Source: Candidatus Aminicenantes bacterium (lineage in GTDB: Bacteria > Acidobacteriota > Aminicenantia > S016-38). Taken from it: DNA of 64,000 bases. Numbering within the stretch: the first letter of the stretch is position 1; every line of letters begins with the position of its first letter. The notes below the pieces were generated by a model that did not search any database, was not told the DNA's origin, and was given only the letters and a program-made list of their open reading frames with translations. This document shows, piece after piece, positions 55,540 through 64,000 of the stretch. The DNA is taken from contig JALSNJ010000029.1 in the NCBI GenBank assembly GCA_026987025.1, positions 15,695 to 79,694 on the forward strand. The letters are read 5' to 3'. The position numbers and the translations under genes were made by a program.

Positions 55540-56412
55540 CTACTTTCCTCCGTTTCCTTTGATTTCCTGATAGGCCCGGTGAAGCAGGGAAGAGGTCTTT
55601 ATCTGGCGGAAGGGGATGTCCTTGGGGGAAACTATCATGGAGTTTATGATGACCGCGGAAACAACCTTCCAGGGAGTTACATCAAAGATGCTCCCCCTGG
55701 GTTTGGAACCCCTGGGCGCGTTTAATCGGTCACCGTTTTCCCTGTACAGGGAGAAATAGGAATTGAGGTGCCCGTAAAGGACCTTGGAGGTATGTCCTAT
55801 TACGAAGAAGGGCTTTTTGAACTGCTTGGCTGCCAGGGCCAAGGAAAAGCTCCCTGCCCGGTTTACAACCCCCTGGGAGGTTATGGCATCGCTGCCGATG
55901 AAGACCATCTCCGCTTCCTGAACCATGGCCGGCAAATAGGCGTCGTAGGTAAACTCCACTTTATAACCCATTTTCAGAAGCTTTTCGGCCATGAGCCTTC
56001 CTTCGTAATAGGGCCTCCCTTCCGAGAGGATCACGGTTAAATTTTTCCTTTCCCTTTCTTCCATGGCCCTGAGCAGGGAATTGCTGTGGGAGTACAGCAC
56101 CACCTTTCCCCTGGGAGGCATCAGGGAGGAGGCTATCTTGGCGTTTTCTTCCGCTTCCCGGTCAATTTCCTTCCATATCATTCTCACTTCCTTGTCGTTT
56201 TCAATGGCGTTGAAGAACCGGTGGAAGAAGTTTATCAGGACTGCCATGGTTGGGTGGGAATAGAGGAGCTGGGCGATGGACCTGGCGATCTCTTCCACCT
56301 CCACTCCCCCCGCCAGGGCATCCATCACCGCATCGTAACTTTCCCGAAGGATGGCAGTGGAGCCTAAAACCCTGTTTCGGGAAAGTTCCATCAGTCTCTC
56401 TTTCCAATCCAT
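55540..56412 (-). CDS. eIF-2B alpha/beta/delta-like family protein (sugar-phosphate isomerase family, e.g. ribose-1,5-bisphosphate or MTR-1-P isomerase)
   Basis: ...GKVVLYSHSNS...ILSEGRPYYEGRLMAEKLLKMGYKVEF...MVFIGSDAITSQGVVNRAGSFSLALAA fits the IF-2B family pattern. Confidence 0.6.
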   Translation of the reverse strand: MDWKERLMELSRNRVLGSTAILRESYDAVMDALAGGVEVEEIARSIAQLLYSHPTMAVLINFFHRFFNAIENDKEVRMIWKEIDREAEENAKIASSLMPPRGKVVLYSHSNSLLRAMEERERKNLTVILSEGRPYYEGRLMAEKLLKMGYKVEFTYDAYLPAMVQEAEMVFIGSDAITSQGVVNRAGSFSLALAAKQFKKPFFVIGHTSKVLYGHLNSYFSLYRENGDRLNAPRGSKPRGSIFDVTPWKVVSAVIINSMIVSPKDIPFRQIKTSSLLHRAYQEIKGNGGK

Positions 56413-56900
56413 GCTTTCACCCCCAGGATTGATATGTATATGTAGGTAAAGAAGGATGTTTCCCAGAGAAGGGCCTTAAAACTCATCGGACTTACCATCC
56501 CCCCCAGGCTGGATTTGTCCGTAGGGGGAATAAAGGGGAAATTTAGAAGCCTGTTCCAGAAGGGATAAAAGGGACGGAAGCCTATGGGAGGTTTGTGGTC
56601 CACCATGAACAGGTCTAAAAAAATATGCAGGTCGTACAGGAGGAAGGAAAGAAGGGCAAGTTTTTTGTCCCTGGAAAACAGGTAAACCAGGGCCGAGAAA
56701 ACCGCAGAGGCCAGGAAGGTGTGGGTTATGCCCTGATGGTAAAATCCCCATTTCCTCAGGAAAGAAAATTTACTCAGCACAAGGTCGGCGTCCGGGAGAA
56801 GGCCTACCATTAAAAGGAATAAAAACCTCCCTGGCGAATACTCCTCCGCCCCCTGTATTATTCCGACGCTTACTAATCCATGACCTATTGGAGTTGGCAC
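56391..56900 (-). CDS. Membrane-bound metal-dependent hydrolase (DUF457/YdjM-like)
   Basis: (M)PTPIGHGLVS...PDADL plus multiple TM helices. It has a GTG start. Confidence 0.5.
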   Translation of the reverse strand: MPTPIGHGLVSVGIIQGAEEYSPGRFLFLLMVGLLPDADLVLSKFSFLRKWGFYHQGITHTFLASAVFSALVYLFSRDKKLALLSFLLYDLHIFLDLFMVDHKPPIGFRPFYPFWNRLLNFPFIPPTDKSSLGGMVSPMSFKALLWETSFFTYIYISILGVKAWIGKRD

Positions 56901-56922
56901 AATAATAGTATACTATAAAACT

Positions 56923-57411
56923 GTGGAAATCAAGCCTATCTACCTTAAAACCCTTTATTTTAAAGGCTTTCCTTTCTCCTGGGCGGAGCAGGACGGCGTG
57001 GTTATAAGGGCCTGTTTTTGTGATGGGAAAAAATTAAAGGGGGTTTTTCCCCGGGCTGTGGAGAGCAATGGGGGAGACCTGGAGAGGATGCTCAAACTTT
57101 ACTTTTCCGGCAAGAAGGTCAACCTTCAGGAAATTCCACTGAGAATTGAGGGAAGCCCCTTTCAAAGGAGGGTTTGGGCAAGGGTAAGGGAGATCCCCTA
57201 CGGGAAAGTCTTGACCTACGGGGACCTGGCCCGGGAGCTCTTCACCTCCCCCAGGGCCGTAGGGCGGGCCTTAGCCTCCAACAGATGGCCCCTTTTAGTC
57301 CCCTGTCATAGGGTGGTGGGGAAGGGGGCCTTAGGGGGATTTACCCCTGATGTTAAAATAAAAAGAATCCTTTTGGAGTTAGAAGGAGGATGGCATGATA
57401 AAGATGGGTAA
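56923..57411 (+). CDS. ogt: Methylated-DNA--protein-cysteine methyltransferase
   Basis: IPYGKVLTYGDLA...SPRAVGRALASNRWPLLVPCHRVVG is the PCHR active site. It has a GTG start. Confidence 0.75.
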   Translation: MEIKPIYLKTLYFKGFPFSWAEQDGVVIRACFCDGKKLKGVFPRAVESNGGDLERMLKLYFSGKKVNLQEIPLRIEGSPFQRRVWARVREIPYGKVLTYGDLARELFTSPRAVGRALASNRWPLLVPCHRVVGKGALGGFTPDVKIKRILLELEGGWHDKDG

Positions 57412-57736
57412 TTGGAAGGATGTTCCTGCCCAGGAAATGGAAGGGCTTGAAGGGGTAAAAATAAGATGGGTTATAGGGAAGGAGCTGGCGCCTCCCAATT
57501 TTTACATGAGGGTCTTTGAGGTTGAGCCCGGAGCCTCCACCCCCTACCATTCCCACCCCTGGGAGCACGAGAGCTTTATTCTGGAAGGGAAGGCCGGGAT
57601 AAGGTTTCCCGACGGTAGCCTTAAAGAGGCGGGGGCCGGCACCTACATTTATATCCCCCCCAATGAAAAGCACCAATTTGTAAACTTGGGGGAGGGGGTC
57701 CTCAGGTTCATCTGCGTTATCCCCAAGCACGATTGA
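57395..57736 (+). CDS. Cupin-domain protein
   Basis: It has the cupin_2 motifs G.S.PYHSHPWEHESFILEG and ...GTYIYIPPNEKHQF. Confidence 0.7.
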   Translation: MIKMGNWKDVPAQEMEGLEGVKIRWVIGKELAPPNFYMRVFEVEPGASTPYHSHPWEHESFILEGKAGIRFPDGSLKEAGAGTYIYIPPNEKHQFVNLGEGVLRFICVIPKHD

Positions 57737-58545
57737 TGGCTCAACTTATAAGGGTTTATTTTCGCTACTGGGCCCTTATAAAAACCCTGGTAGGCAGGGA
57801 ACTCAAGGCAAGATACCGGGGTTCCATCCTTGGTTTTATATGGTCCTTCCTCAATCCTCTGCTTCTCCTGGTGGTCTATACGGTTGTTTTCGGTTTCATC
57901 CTCAGGCCCCGGGACCCTGCCTTTGCAGGCAGCCCCTTTAATTATGCCCTTTTTCTCTTTTCCGGCCTCCTTCCCTGGGTCTGGTTTTCCGCCTGCGTCT
58001 TAGAGTCCACCACCCTTATCCTCACCCACGGCAACATACTTAAGAAGGTGATGTTTCCTGCGGAAGTCCTCCCCATAGTGAGCGTCACCTCCAACTTCAT
58101 CCATTTTCTTTTCGGCGTTCCCATTCTTCTGGCCTTTGAAATAGCCCTGGGCCATACCATAACTCCCTACATCCTTCTCTCCCCCTTGGTTATGGCGGTC
58201 CAGTATGCCTTTTCCCTGGGATTTTCCCTCCTTCTTTCAGCCCTCGCCGCCAACTTCCGGGACCTCCAACACCTTATGGCCAATATTGTGACCCTCTGGT
58301 TTTTTGCCACCCCCATAATCTACCCCATGAGCTTCGGAGTTATCCAGCAGCACCGCTGGTTGAAGTTCATCCTCTACCTGAACCCCATGACCCACATAAT
58401 AGAGGGGTACCAGAGGGCCTTTTATTACGGGGGTATGATACCCTATAAGAGGCTGGGGGTTACTCTTCTTCTTTCCTTAGCCCTTATATGGCTCGGATAT
58501 TGGGCCTTTGATAGATTAAGGGACACCTTTGTGGAAGAGGCATGA
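57733..58545 (+). CDS. wzm: ABC-2 type polysaccharide/O-antigen exporter permease (Wzm/TagG-like)
   Basis: (RELKARYRGSILGFIWSFLNPLL...) has 6 TM helices and the ABC-2 signature. Confidence 0.7.
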   Translation: MMAQLIRVYFRYWALIKTLVGRELKARYRGSILGFIWSFLNPLLLLVVYTVVFGFILRPRDPAFAGSPFNYALFLFSGLLPWVWFSACVLESTTLILTHGNILKKVMFPAEVLPIVSVTSNFIHFLFGVPILLAFEIALGHTITPYILLSPLVMAVQYAFSLGFSLLLSALAANFRDLQHLMANIVTLWFFATPIIYPMSFGVIQQHRWLKFILYLNPMTHIIEGYQRAFYYGGMIPYKRLGVTLLLSLALIWLGYWAFDRLRDTFVEEA

Positions 58546-59777
58546 AGGCGGTAATTCTTGAAAATGTAACTAAATACTATCGGAGATTCACTTCCAGGAG
58601 AAAATTTCAGACCCTAAAAAGTGCCATCCTGGAGAGGAACCTCTTTGCCCACCTTTCCCCAAAGGAGATAGTGAAGGCGGTGGACGGGGTAAGCCTTGAG
58701 ATAGAAAAGGGGGAGACCTTCGGGATAATAGGGGAGAACGGCTCTGGAAAGAGCACCTTGCTCAAACTCATAGCGGGGATAACCAAGCCCACCACCGGTA
58801 CCATAAGGGTAAACGGTAAGGTCTCCGCCCTCATTGAGCTGGGAGCGGGTTTTCATCCGGAGATTTCAGGGAGGGAGAACATCTACATAAACGGGATAAT
58901 GCTGGGCCTTTCCAGGAAGGAGATAGACGAGAAGATAGACGAGATCATAAGGTTTGCGGAGCTGGAGGACTTTATAGATATGCCGGTAAAGGCCTATTCG
59001 TCCGGGATGTACATGAGGCTCGGATTTTCTGTGGCCATAAATGTGGACCCGGACATTCTCCTGGTGGATGAAGTTTTAGCTGTGGGAGACGCTTCCTTCG
59101 TGCAGAAGGGTCTTGAAAAAATCAAGGAAATGAAGAGGGCGGGCAAGACCATAGTCTTTGTAACCCACGCCTTAGACCTCACACAGAAGATTTGCCACAG
59201 GGTGGCCTGGATGAAGAAGGGGAAAATAATGATGGTGGGGGAGCCCAAGGAGGTGGTGGACCGTTACCTGATGGATGCTTTGGGGAAGGGGTCGGAGGCG
59301 GAATTGAAGGCCACTTCCTCGGACCGCTGGGGAAGCAGGGATGTGGAGATAAAGGAGGTCTGGCTGGAGAACCTACAGGGGAAGAGGACCACCCATTTTG
59401 ACTACGGGGAGGGGATGAGGATAGTAATGCAGGTGGAGGCCAGGGCCAGGCTTAAGAACTTTGTCTTCGGCGTGGGCATATTTAACAGCGAAGGCACCAA
59501 TGTTTACGGAACCAATACCTATCTGGAATACTTCAGGCCCAGGGAAATAGAGGGAGGAGCCACGGTAATATTTGAAATTCCCGCCCTTCACCTTGTAAAC
59601 GGGACCTACACCGTGGATGTGGCAGTGCACCGGGAGGACGGATTTGCCTACGATTACATAAAAAGCGCCCTTAAATTCAGAGTCCACTCCTTGAGCAGGG
59701 AGGTGGGGCTCTGGCGTCCCCCGCACCGATGGAGGTTTGAGGGAGGGGTGAAGATTGAGCCTCCCGAAGGTTCTTAA
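58542..59777 (+). CDS. wzt: ABC-2 polysaccharide exporter ATP-binding protein with a C-terminal carbohydrate-binding extension (Wzt/TagH-like)
   Basis: It has Walker A (GENGSGKSTLLK), the signature YSSGMYMRL and Walker B (ILLVDEVLAVGD), plus a ~150-aa C-terminal beta domain. Confidence 0.75.
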   Translation: MKAVILENVTKYYRRFTSRRKFQTLKSAILERNLFAHLSPKEIVKAVDGVSLEIEKGETFGIIGENGSGKSTLLKLIAGITKPTTGTIRVNGKVSALIELGAGFHPEISGRENIYINGIMLGLSRKEIDEKIDEIIRFAELEDFIDMPVKAYSSGMYMRLGFSVAINVDPDILLVDEVLAVGDASFVQKGLEKIKEMKRAGKTIVFVTHALDLTQKICHRVAWMKKGKIMMVGEPKEVVDRYLMDALGKGSEAELKATSSDRWGSRDVEIKEVWLENLQGKRTTHFDYGEGMRIVMQVEARARLKNFVFGVGIFNSEGTNVYGTNTYLEYFRPREIEGGATVIFEIPALHLVNGTYTVDVAVHREDGFAYDYIKSALKFRVHSLSREVGLWRPPHRWRFEGGVKIEPPEGS

Positions 59778-60288
59778 GGCGGGTGGGATAGATATAGCCT
59801 GGAAAAGCGGTCCATCAGGAATATGCGTTTTTGAGGATAGACCCCTTTTTTTCCTCCTTTCCCCGTCGCAGCTTCTAAATTTTCCCCTTCCCGGGGGTCT
59901 TTACCTGGTGGATGCTCCCCTGAGCCTTCCCGGGGAAAAAGGGCTTAGGCAGGTGGACAGGCTGCTCAGGAGGCTGACCGGAATTGCGGTCCTTCCTCTG
60001 AACCCTTCCCTTTTGCCGGGTTATCTTCCCTTAGAATTTATCAGGCTTCAGAAGGGCAGTGTCTTTTTGGAGGGCTTCGTTCCCTACCTGAGGGCCAAGT
60101 TTCTGGGAAGGGCTAAGTTCAGGAGGGTTTTAGAGTACAGGCAGAGATTCCGGGAAGCCTTCGGGTTTCTCCCTTCTCCCCCCTCCCCACACCTTATGGA
60201 TGCCTATCTTCTTTGTCTCAGGGCCAAGGATATCATGGAGGGAAGGGGAATAGCCCTGGTAGCCGGGGATGGAAAAATATACCTTTGA
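59755..60288 (+). CDS. DUF429-family protein (predicted RNase H-fold)
   Basis: GIDIAWKSGPSGICVFED...LYLVDAPLSLPGEKGLRQVDR...HLMDAYLLCLRA fits the DUF429 pattern (GID.AW...IDAPL...R..ER...DA.DA..cA). Confidence 0.45.
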   Translation: MSLPKVLKAGGIDIAWKSGPSGICVFEDRPLFFLLSPSQLLNFPLPGGLYLVDAPLSLPGEKGLRQVDRLLRRLTGIAVLPLNPSLLPGYLPLEFIRLQKGSVFLEGFVPYLRAKFLGRAKFRRVLEYRQRFREAFGFLPSPPSPHLMDAYLLCLRAKDIMEGRGIALVAGDGKIYL

Positions 60289-60324
60289 AAACAATTTTTG
60301 ATAAACTCCGTATAATTTTAAGGA

Positions 60325-61557
60325 ATGAGAATATCCGTATCCGAAACCACATCCCTGGCTCTGGATTCCCTTAAGAGGAACGCCTTCAGGACCTTTTTGA
60401 CCCTTCTGGGGAATATAATAGCTGTCTCCACCATAATAGCCATTATAGGGACCATAGAGGGACTTAATGACTATGTGAAGGAGAAGATAATACCGTATGG
60501 GGCCACGGACTTCACCGTGTCCCGACGCCCTGACATCGTCACCTCCTGGAAGGAGTTTTTAAAGTTGAGAAAAAGGAGGAGGTTTCCCCTTTCCTATTAT
60601 CGTAAGGTGAGGGAAAGATGCCTCTCCTGTGAGAAGGTGGGCGCTGAAGACACGGGGATAGCCCCGGTGTTCTACAAAGGGAAGTTCCTGGAGGAGGTTA
60701 CCATAAAGGGGGAGACCTCCTTGGCCCGGGAGATAGGCGGGGTGAGGGACCTGGCGGACGGGCGACCCTTCACCGAGGAGGAGGCCCTATCCGGAGCCAA
60801 GGTTTGCACCATAGGCTGGGATATAAAGGAGGGTTTGTTCCCCGGCCAGGATCCCATTGGTAAGAGAATAAGGATAAGGGGCAAAACCTTTAAGATTATC
60901 GGGGTGGAGGCCAAACGGGGAAAGGTCATGGGAATCTCCCAGGACAATTTCGTCTCCATTCCCATCAAGGCCTTCTACAGCCTCTTCCCCAGGAGGGTGG
61001 ATATCTCCATATTGGTCCATACATCATCGTCGGAGAGGATGCAGGAGGCCATGGATGAGGTCAGGGGGATATTGCGTTCCCTCCGCCACCTTAGCCCATC
61101 GGCGGAGGACGATTTCTCCTTCTCCACATCCGAGTCCATGCTTAAAATATACAAAAACCTGACCTCCACCCTTTTCTTGGCCATGATTATAATATCTTCC
61201 ATTTCCCTCCTGGTGGGAGGAATTGTGGTGATGAACATTATGCTGGTATCCGTTACCGAGAGAATTCCAGAGATAGGTTTGAGAAGGGCGGTGGGAGCCC
61301 GAAGGTCGGATATAATGGGCCAATTTTTGCTGGAAGCCATGTTCCTTACCACTCTGGGGGGGATTGTCGGTCTTCTTCTGGGTGGAGGGATCATATACCT
61401 TATAAATAGATTTTCTCCCCTTCCGGCCCATATGAAAATATGGTTCATATTCCTCGGCCTGGCCATAGCCGGGGGGGCAGGGGTGGTCTTCGGCATATAC
61501 CCTGCCTCCAAGGCGGCCAACCTGAATCCCGTGGAAGCCCTGAGGAGTGAGATGTGA
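60325..61557 (+). CDS. ABC transporter permease, MacB/DevC-like FtsX family (no fused ATPase)
   Basis: It has an N-terminal TM segment, a ~200-aa periplasmic MacB_PCD-like domain and a C-terminal FtsX 3-TM module. Confidence 0.7.
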   Translation: MRISVSETTSLALDSLKRNAFRTFLTLLGNIIAVSTIIAIIGTIEGLNDYVKEKIIPYGATDFTVSRRPDIVTSWKEFLKLRKRRRFPLSYYRKVRERCLSCEKVGAEDTGIAPVFYKGKFLEEVTIKGETSLAREIGGVRDLADGRPFTEEEALSGAKVCTIGWDIKEGLFPGQDPIGKRIRIRGKTFKIIGVEAKRGKVMGISQDNFVSIPIKAFYSLFPRRVDISILVHTSSSERMQEAMDEVRGILRSLRHLSPSAEDDFSFSTSESMLKIYKNLTSTLFLAMIIISSISLLVGGIVVMNIMLVSVTERIPEIGLRRAVGARRSDIMGQFLLEAMFLTTLGGIVGLLLGGGIIYLINRFSPLPAHMKIWFIFLGLAIAGGAGVVFGIYPASKAANLNPVEALRSEM

Positions 61558-62807
61558 GAAGGCTGACCCTTTTAGGAGAGCTCATCGGAACGGCCTTTAT
61601 TTCCTTGGGGAGGAACAAGTCCAGGAGCTTTCTTACGGCCCTGGGGATAATTATAGGGGTGGCCACCGTCATCTCCATGGTGGGAGTTATTGAGGGAATA
61701 AGGGTCAATGTGGAAAATCAAATGGAGCTTCTGGGTTCCAATCTCATTTTCGTTTCAAAATTTGAACCGGGGATAAGATTCGGACGGCTTCCGAGGAAGT
61801 TGAGGTTGAGGAAGAACCTCACCTTAGAGGACCTTAAGGCCATAGAGGCTTTGCCCTCCATAGAGGCGGCGGTGGGTCAAATAAAAATGTTTGAGGGAAG
61901 TCAGGTTCGCTCCCGCTATTCCACCACCGCCGGAATAGTGGTTATGGGGACCACCTACGATTATCTTAAGGTGGTGAAGCTCAACCTCCTGGCCGGGAGG
62001 TTCTTCACCCAGGGGGAAGAAAAAAGCAAGGCCAATGTGGCGGTGCTGGGCTCTGAGGTGGTGGAGAACCTCTTTCCCGGGGTGGACCCTATAGGGAAGA
62101 AATTCCACATGGGAAACGCCACCTACAGGGTGGTGGGGGTTATGGAATCCGTGGGACAGGGGCTCTTCGGACAGAGTCAGGATGAATATGTGATTATACC
62201 CATAACTACCCTTTACAAATACTACCCTAAGGCCAGGAGGAGGTGGTGGGGAGGGCTTTACATAATGGCAAGGCCCAAAAGCCCAAGACTGCTTCAGCAG
62301 GCCATGGACGATATTATAGAGGTGATGAGGATGAGGAGGAGGCTCAGGCCCAGGGACGAAAACGACTTCGCTGTCTACACCACCGAATATGTGAACCAGC
62401 TTTTCAATCAGCTGGTGGGGGGAGTTTTCCTGGTGGGGGTTTTGATAGCATCCATCTCCCTTTTAGTGGGAGGTATAGGGATTATGAACATAATGCTGGT
62501 TTCCATGAGGGAGAGAACCTCGGAGATCGGGCTTAGAAGGGCCCTGGGGGCCAAAAGGAAGCACATTCTCTTTCAGTTCATAGTGGAGGCGGTGGTCCTC
62601 TCCCTGTCCGGGGGGCTCGTGGGGATGGTTCTGGGTTTTTCCTTTGCCTTCTTAGCCAAGGCCGTGGCCCACTTTCCCGCCCAGGTTACCTCCTTCGGTG
62701 TGGGATTGGGGGTGGGTGTCTCCACCCTTGTGGGCCTTTTCTTCGGTATATACCCTGCCTGGAAGGCCTCCCAGCTTAACCCTGTGGAAGCCCTCCGTTA
62801 CGAGTAA
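61554..62807 (+). CDS. Second ABC transporter permease, MacB/DevC-like FtsX family
   Basis: It has the same architecture as the preceding gene and a 4-nt overlap with it. Confidence 0.7.
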   Translation: MRRLTLLGELIGTAFISLGRNKSRSFLTALGIIIGVATVISMVGVIEGIRVNVENQMELLGSNLIFVSKFEPGIRFGRLPRKLRLRKNLTLEDLKAIEALPSIEAAVGQIKMFEGSQVRSRYSTTAGIVVMGTTYDYLKVVKLNLLAGRFFTQGEEKSKANVAVLGSEVVENLFPGVDPIGKKFHMGNATYRVVGVMESVGQGLFGQSQDEYVIIPITTLYKYYPKARRRWWGGLYIMARPKSPRLLQQAMDDIIEVMRMRRRLRPRDENDFAVYTTEYVNQLFNQLVGGVFLVGVLIASISLLVGGIGIMNIMLVSMRERTSEIGLRRALGAKRKHILFQFIVEAVVLSLSGGLVGMVLGFSFAFLAKAVAHFPAQVTSFGVGLGVGVSTLVGLFFGIYPAWKASQLNPVEALRYE

Positions 62808-62840
62808 ATTCCGATGTTATAATGGAGGGAGGAGGGAAAG

Positions 62841-64000
62841 ATGAAGAAAGTTTTTGGTTTTCTGGCTCTAATTTCATTTCTTTGGGCTTCGAGTTTTAAG
62901 GTTTCAAGGATTGAGATTTACCCGGGGGGCGCCAGGGTTTACCTCCATGGGACCGTAGGGCAGGACGGAAAGCTCGTTTTAGCTCCCCTACCCAGGGATA
63001 TCTCGGAGGTTTTTTCCAGCCAGCCGGATTTCAACGTAAGGGATTTCTTAAATAAAAAACTGCCGGCCCGGGCCCTGCAGGCGAAGAAGAAATACTTAAA
63101 TTACAAATCCCAGGTGGAAAGGCTGGAACAGAGCGCAAAAGCCCTCAGGGGCAAACGATCTTTTTACAAAGCTTCCTTGGAAAACCTGGCCAAGGGTTTT
63201 TCCCGCCGGGCGGTCCCCGGATGGTCCAGGCTCTTAGAGGATTTTTCCTCAAGGATTTCGGAACTGGACAAGAAAATAGCCCTCCTTGAGAAGAGGAGGG
63301 AGGAGCTTCTTCCGGAGCTTAAGATGGCGGAGGAGGAGTGGGAGAAGGTGAGGCCTTCTGTGGAGAGGGCTAAGATGGTGGTGATAAGGGGAAATCCCGG
63401 CGATGAGGTGGAATTTTCCTTCAACACTTCCGCCGTTTCCATGGGGGTTTTTTATCGGGTGGAGGCTTTTCTTGATACATCCCGGCTGGAACTGAAGGCC
63501 TACTGCCTCCTCAATTCTAAGCTCCCGACGGACCTGAGCGCCGAGGTTTACCTCCTGCCGGCCAAACCCGCCTTTTACCTTTCCCTTCCCTACCAGGAGA
63601 GGTGGGACCTTACCCTGTGGAGGCCTTATCCCAAGCGGAGGATGATGCCTCTGGCCGCCCCCACCACCCTGGAGGAAACCAAATCAGCCCCGGTTAGGGC
63701 AAAGACCGTGGGCCTTTACAGGACGGTTTTCCTGGGCAGGAGGGAGGTTAAGTTCGGCGAAAATCGCTATTCCCTTTTCGGCAAAAAACTGGAAGGGGAG
63801 ATAACCTGGGAGGCTTATCCGGCCCTTTCCTCCAAGGTTTTTGTGGTTTTCAGGGGCAGGAATACCACTGGATTCCACCTTCCTGCAGCCCGGGCCCTTT
63901 TCTTTATGGATGGTGCCCTTTCCAGGGTGGACAGGCTTCCCTCTGTGGCCATGAATCACCCCCTGGAGCTTCTCCTGGGCGAGGACCCCAATTTCAAGGT
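62841..64000 (+). CDS. DUF4140/DUF4139-family secreted protein (mucoidy-inhibitor MuiA-like architecture); its 3' end is off the window
   Basis: An ATG at 62841 follows GGAGGGAGGAGGG. It has a signal peptide, a DUF4140-like segment (RIEIYPGGARVYLHGTV...LVLAPLP), a long coiled coil and then a beta-rich domain. There is no stop codon before the window end. Confidence 0.45.
   Translation, partial: MKKVFGFLALISFLWASSFKVSRIEIYPGGARVYLHGTVGQDGKLVLAPLPRDISEVFSSQPDFNVRDFLNKKLPARALQAKKKYLNYKSQVERLEQSAKALRGKRSFYKASLENLAKGFSRRAVPGWSRLLEDFSSRISELDKKIALLEKRREELLPELKMAEEEWEKVRPSVERAKMVVIRGNPGDEVEFSFNTSAVSMGVFYRVEAFLDTSRLELKAYCLLNSKLPTDLSAEVYLLPAKPAFYLSLPYQERWDLTLWRPYPKRRMMPLAAPTTLEETKSAPVRAKTVGLYRTVFLGRREVKFGENRYSLFGKKLEGEITWEAYPALSSKVFVVFRGRNTTGFHLPAARALFFMDGALSRVDRLPSVAMNHPLELLLGEDPNFK

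Noticed and set aside
1-64000. CRISPR arrays and mobile elements
   Set aside because: No arrays of short direct repeats with spacers were seen. No transposase, integrase, recombinase or phage structural gene lies next to the three tRNA genes or elsewhere.

Overview
The window is a chromosomal, mostly housekeeping region of a Gram-negative bacterium. Proteins are K/E/R-rich (thermophile-like), and SOR, HypC and a sigma-54 regulator suggest an anaerobe, possibly Thermodesulfobacteriota- or Aquificota-like, though the phylum is uncertain. It is densely coded with about 70 genes and three tRNAs: Ala-CGC, Arg-ACG and Leu-CAG. I found no CRISPR array, transposase, integrase or phage genes.

Confidently recognised blocks:
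- NAD(P)H-hydrate repair enzyme Nnr, archease and GalU.
- A tightly coupled minus-strand operon of a P-loop CPGS-like protein, carbamate kinase, ornithine carbamoyltransferase and a 567-aa orphan protein.
- A TldD/PmbA pair.
- Two glutamine-synthetase paralogues.
- ZnuABC with an M1 aminopeptidase.
- The folate genes folE2-folP-folK, with an extended FolP.
- An outer-membrane biogenesis supercluster: ribH-nusB-lysS-lolC-lolD-clpA-bamA-skp-fabZ-lpxA-lpxI, then a GnnA-like Gfo/Idh/MocA oxidoreductase, with lpxB convergent downstream.
- rpsO-pnp followed by three pseudopilin genes.
- A sensor kinase (PDZ-like plus polytopic plus PAS) with an NtrC-type regulator, next to a 1Fe superoxide reductase.
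- A MATE transporter, a DegT aminotransferase, GlnA, an M19 dipeptidase, a lone hypC, and MGMT with a cupin.
- The Wzm/Wzt O-antigen exporter, a DUF429 protein, two tandem FtsX-type permeases and a DUF4140/4139 protein truncated at the window end.

The most unusual candidates are:
- the orphan 567-aa charged protein translationally coupled to arcC/argF and a CPGS-like NTPase;
- lipid-A genes indicating a GlcN3N-type lipid A (GnnA-like, LpxI, no lpxD in the cluster);
- a FolP with a 130-aa N-terminal extension in a cluster lacking folB;
- tandem FtsX permeases with no ATPase, next to a DUF4139 protein.
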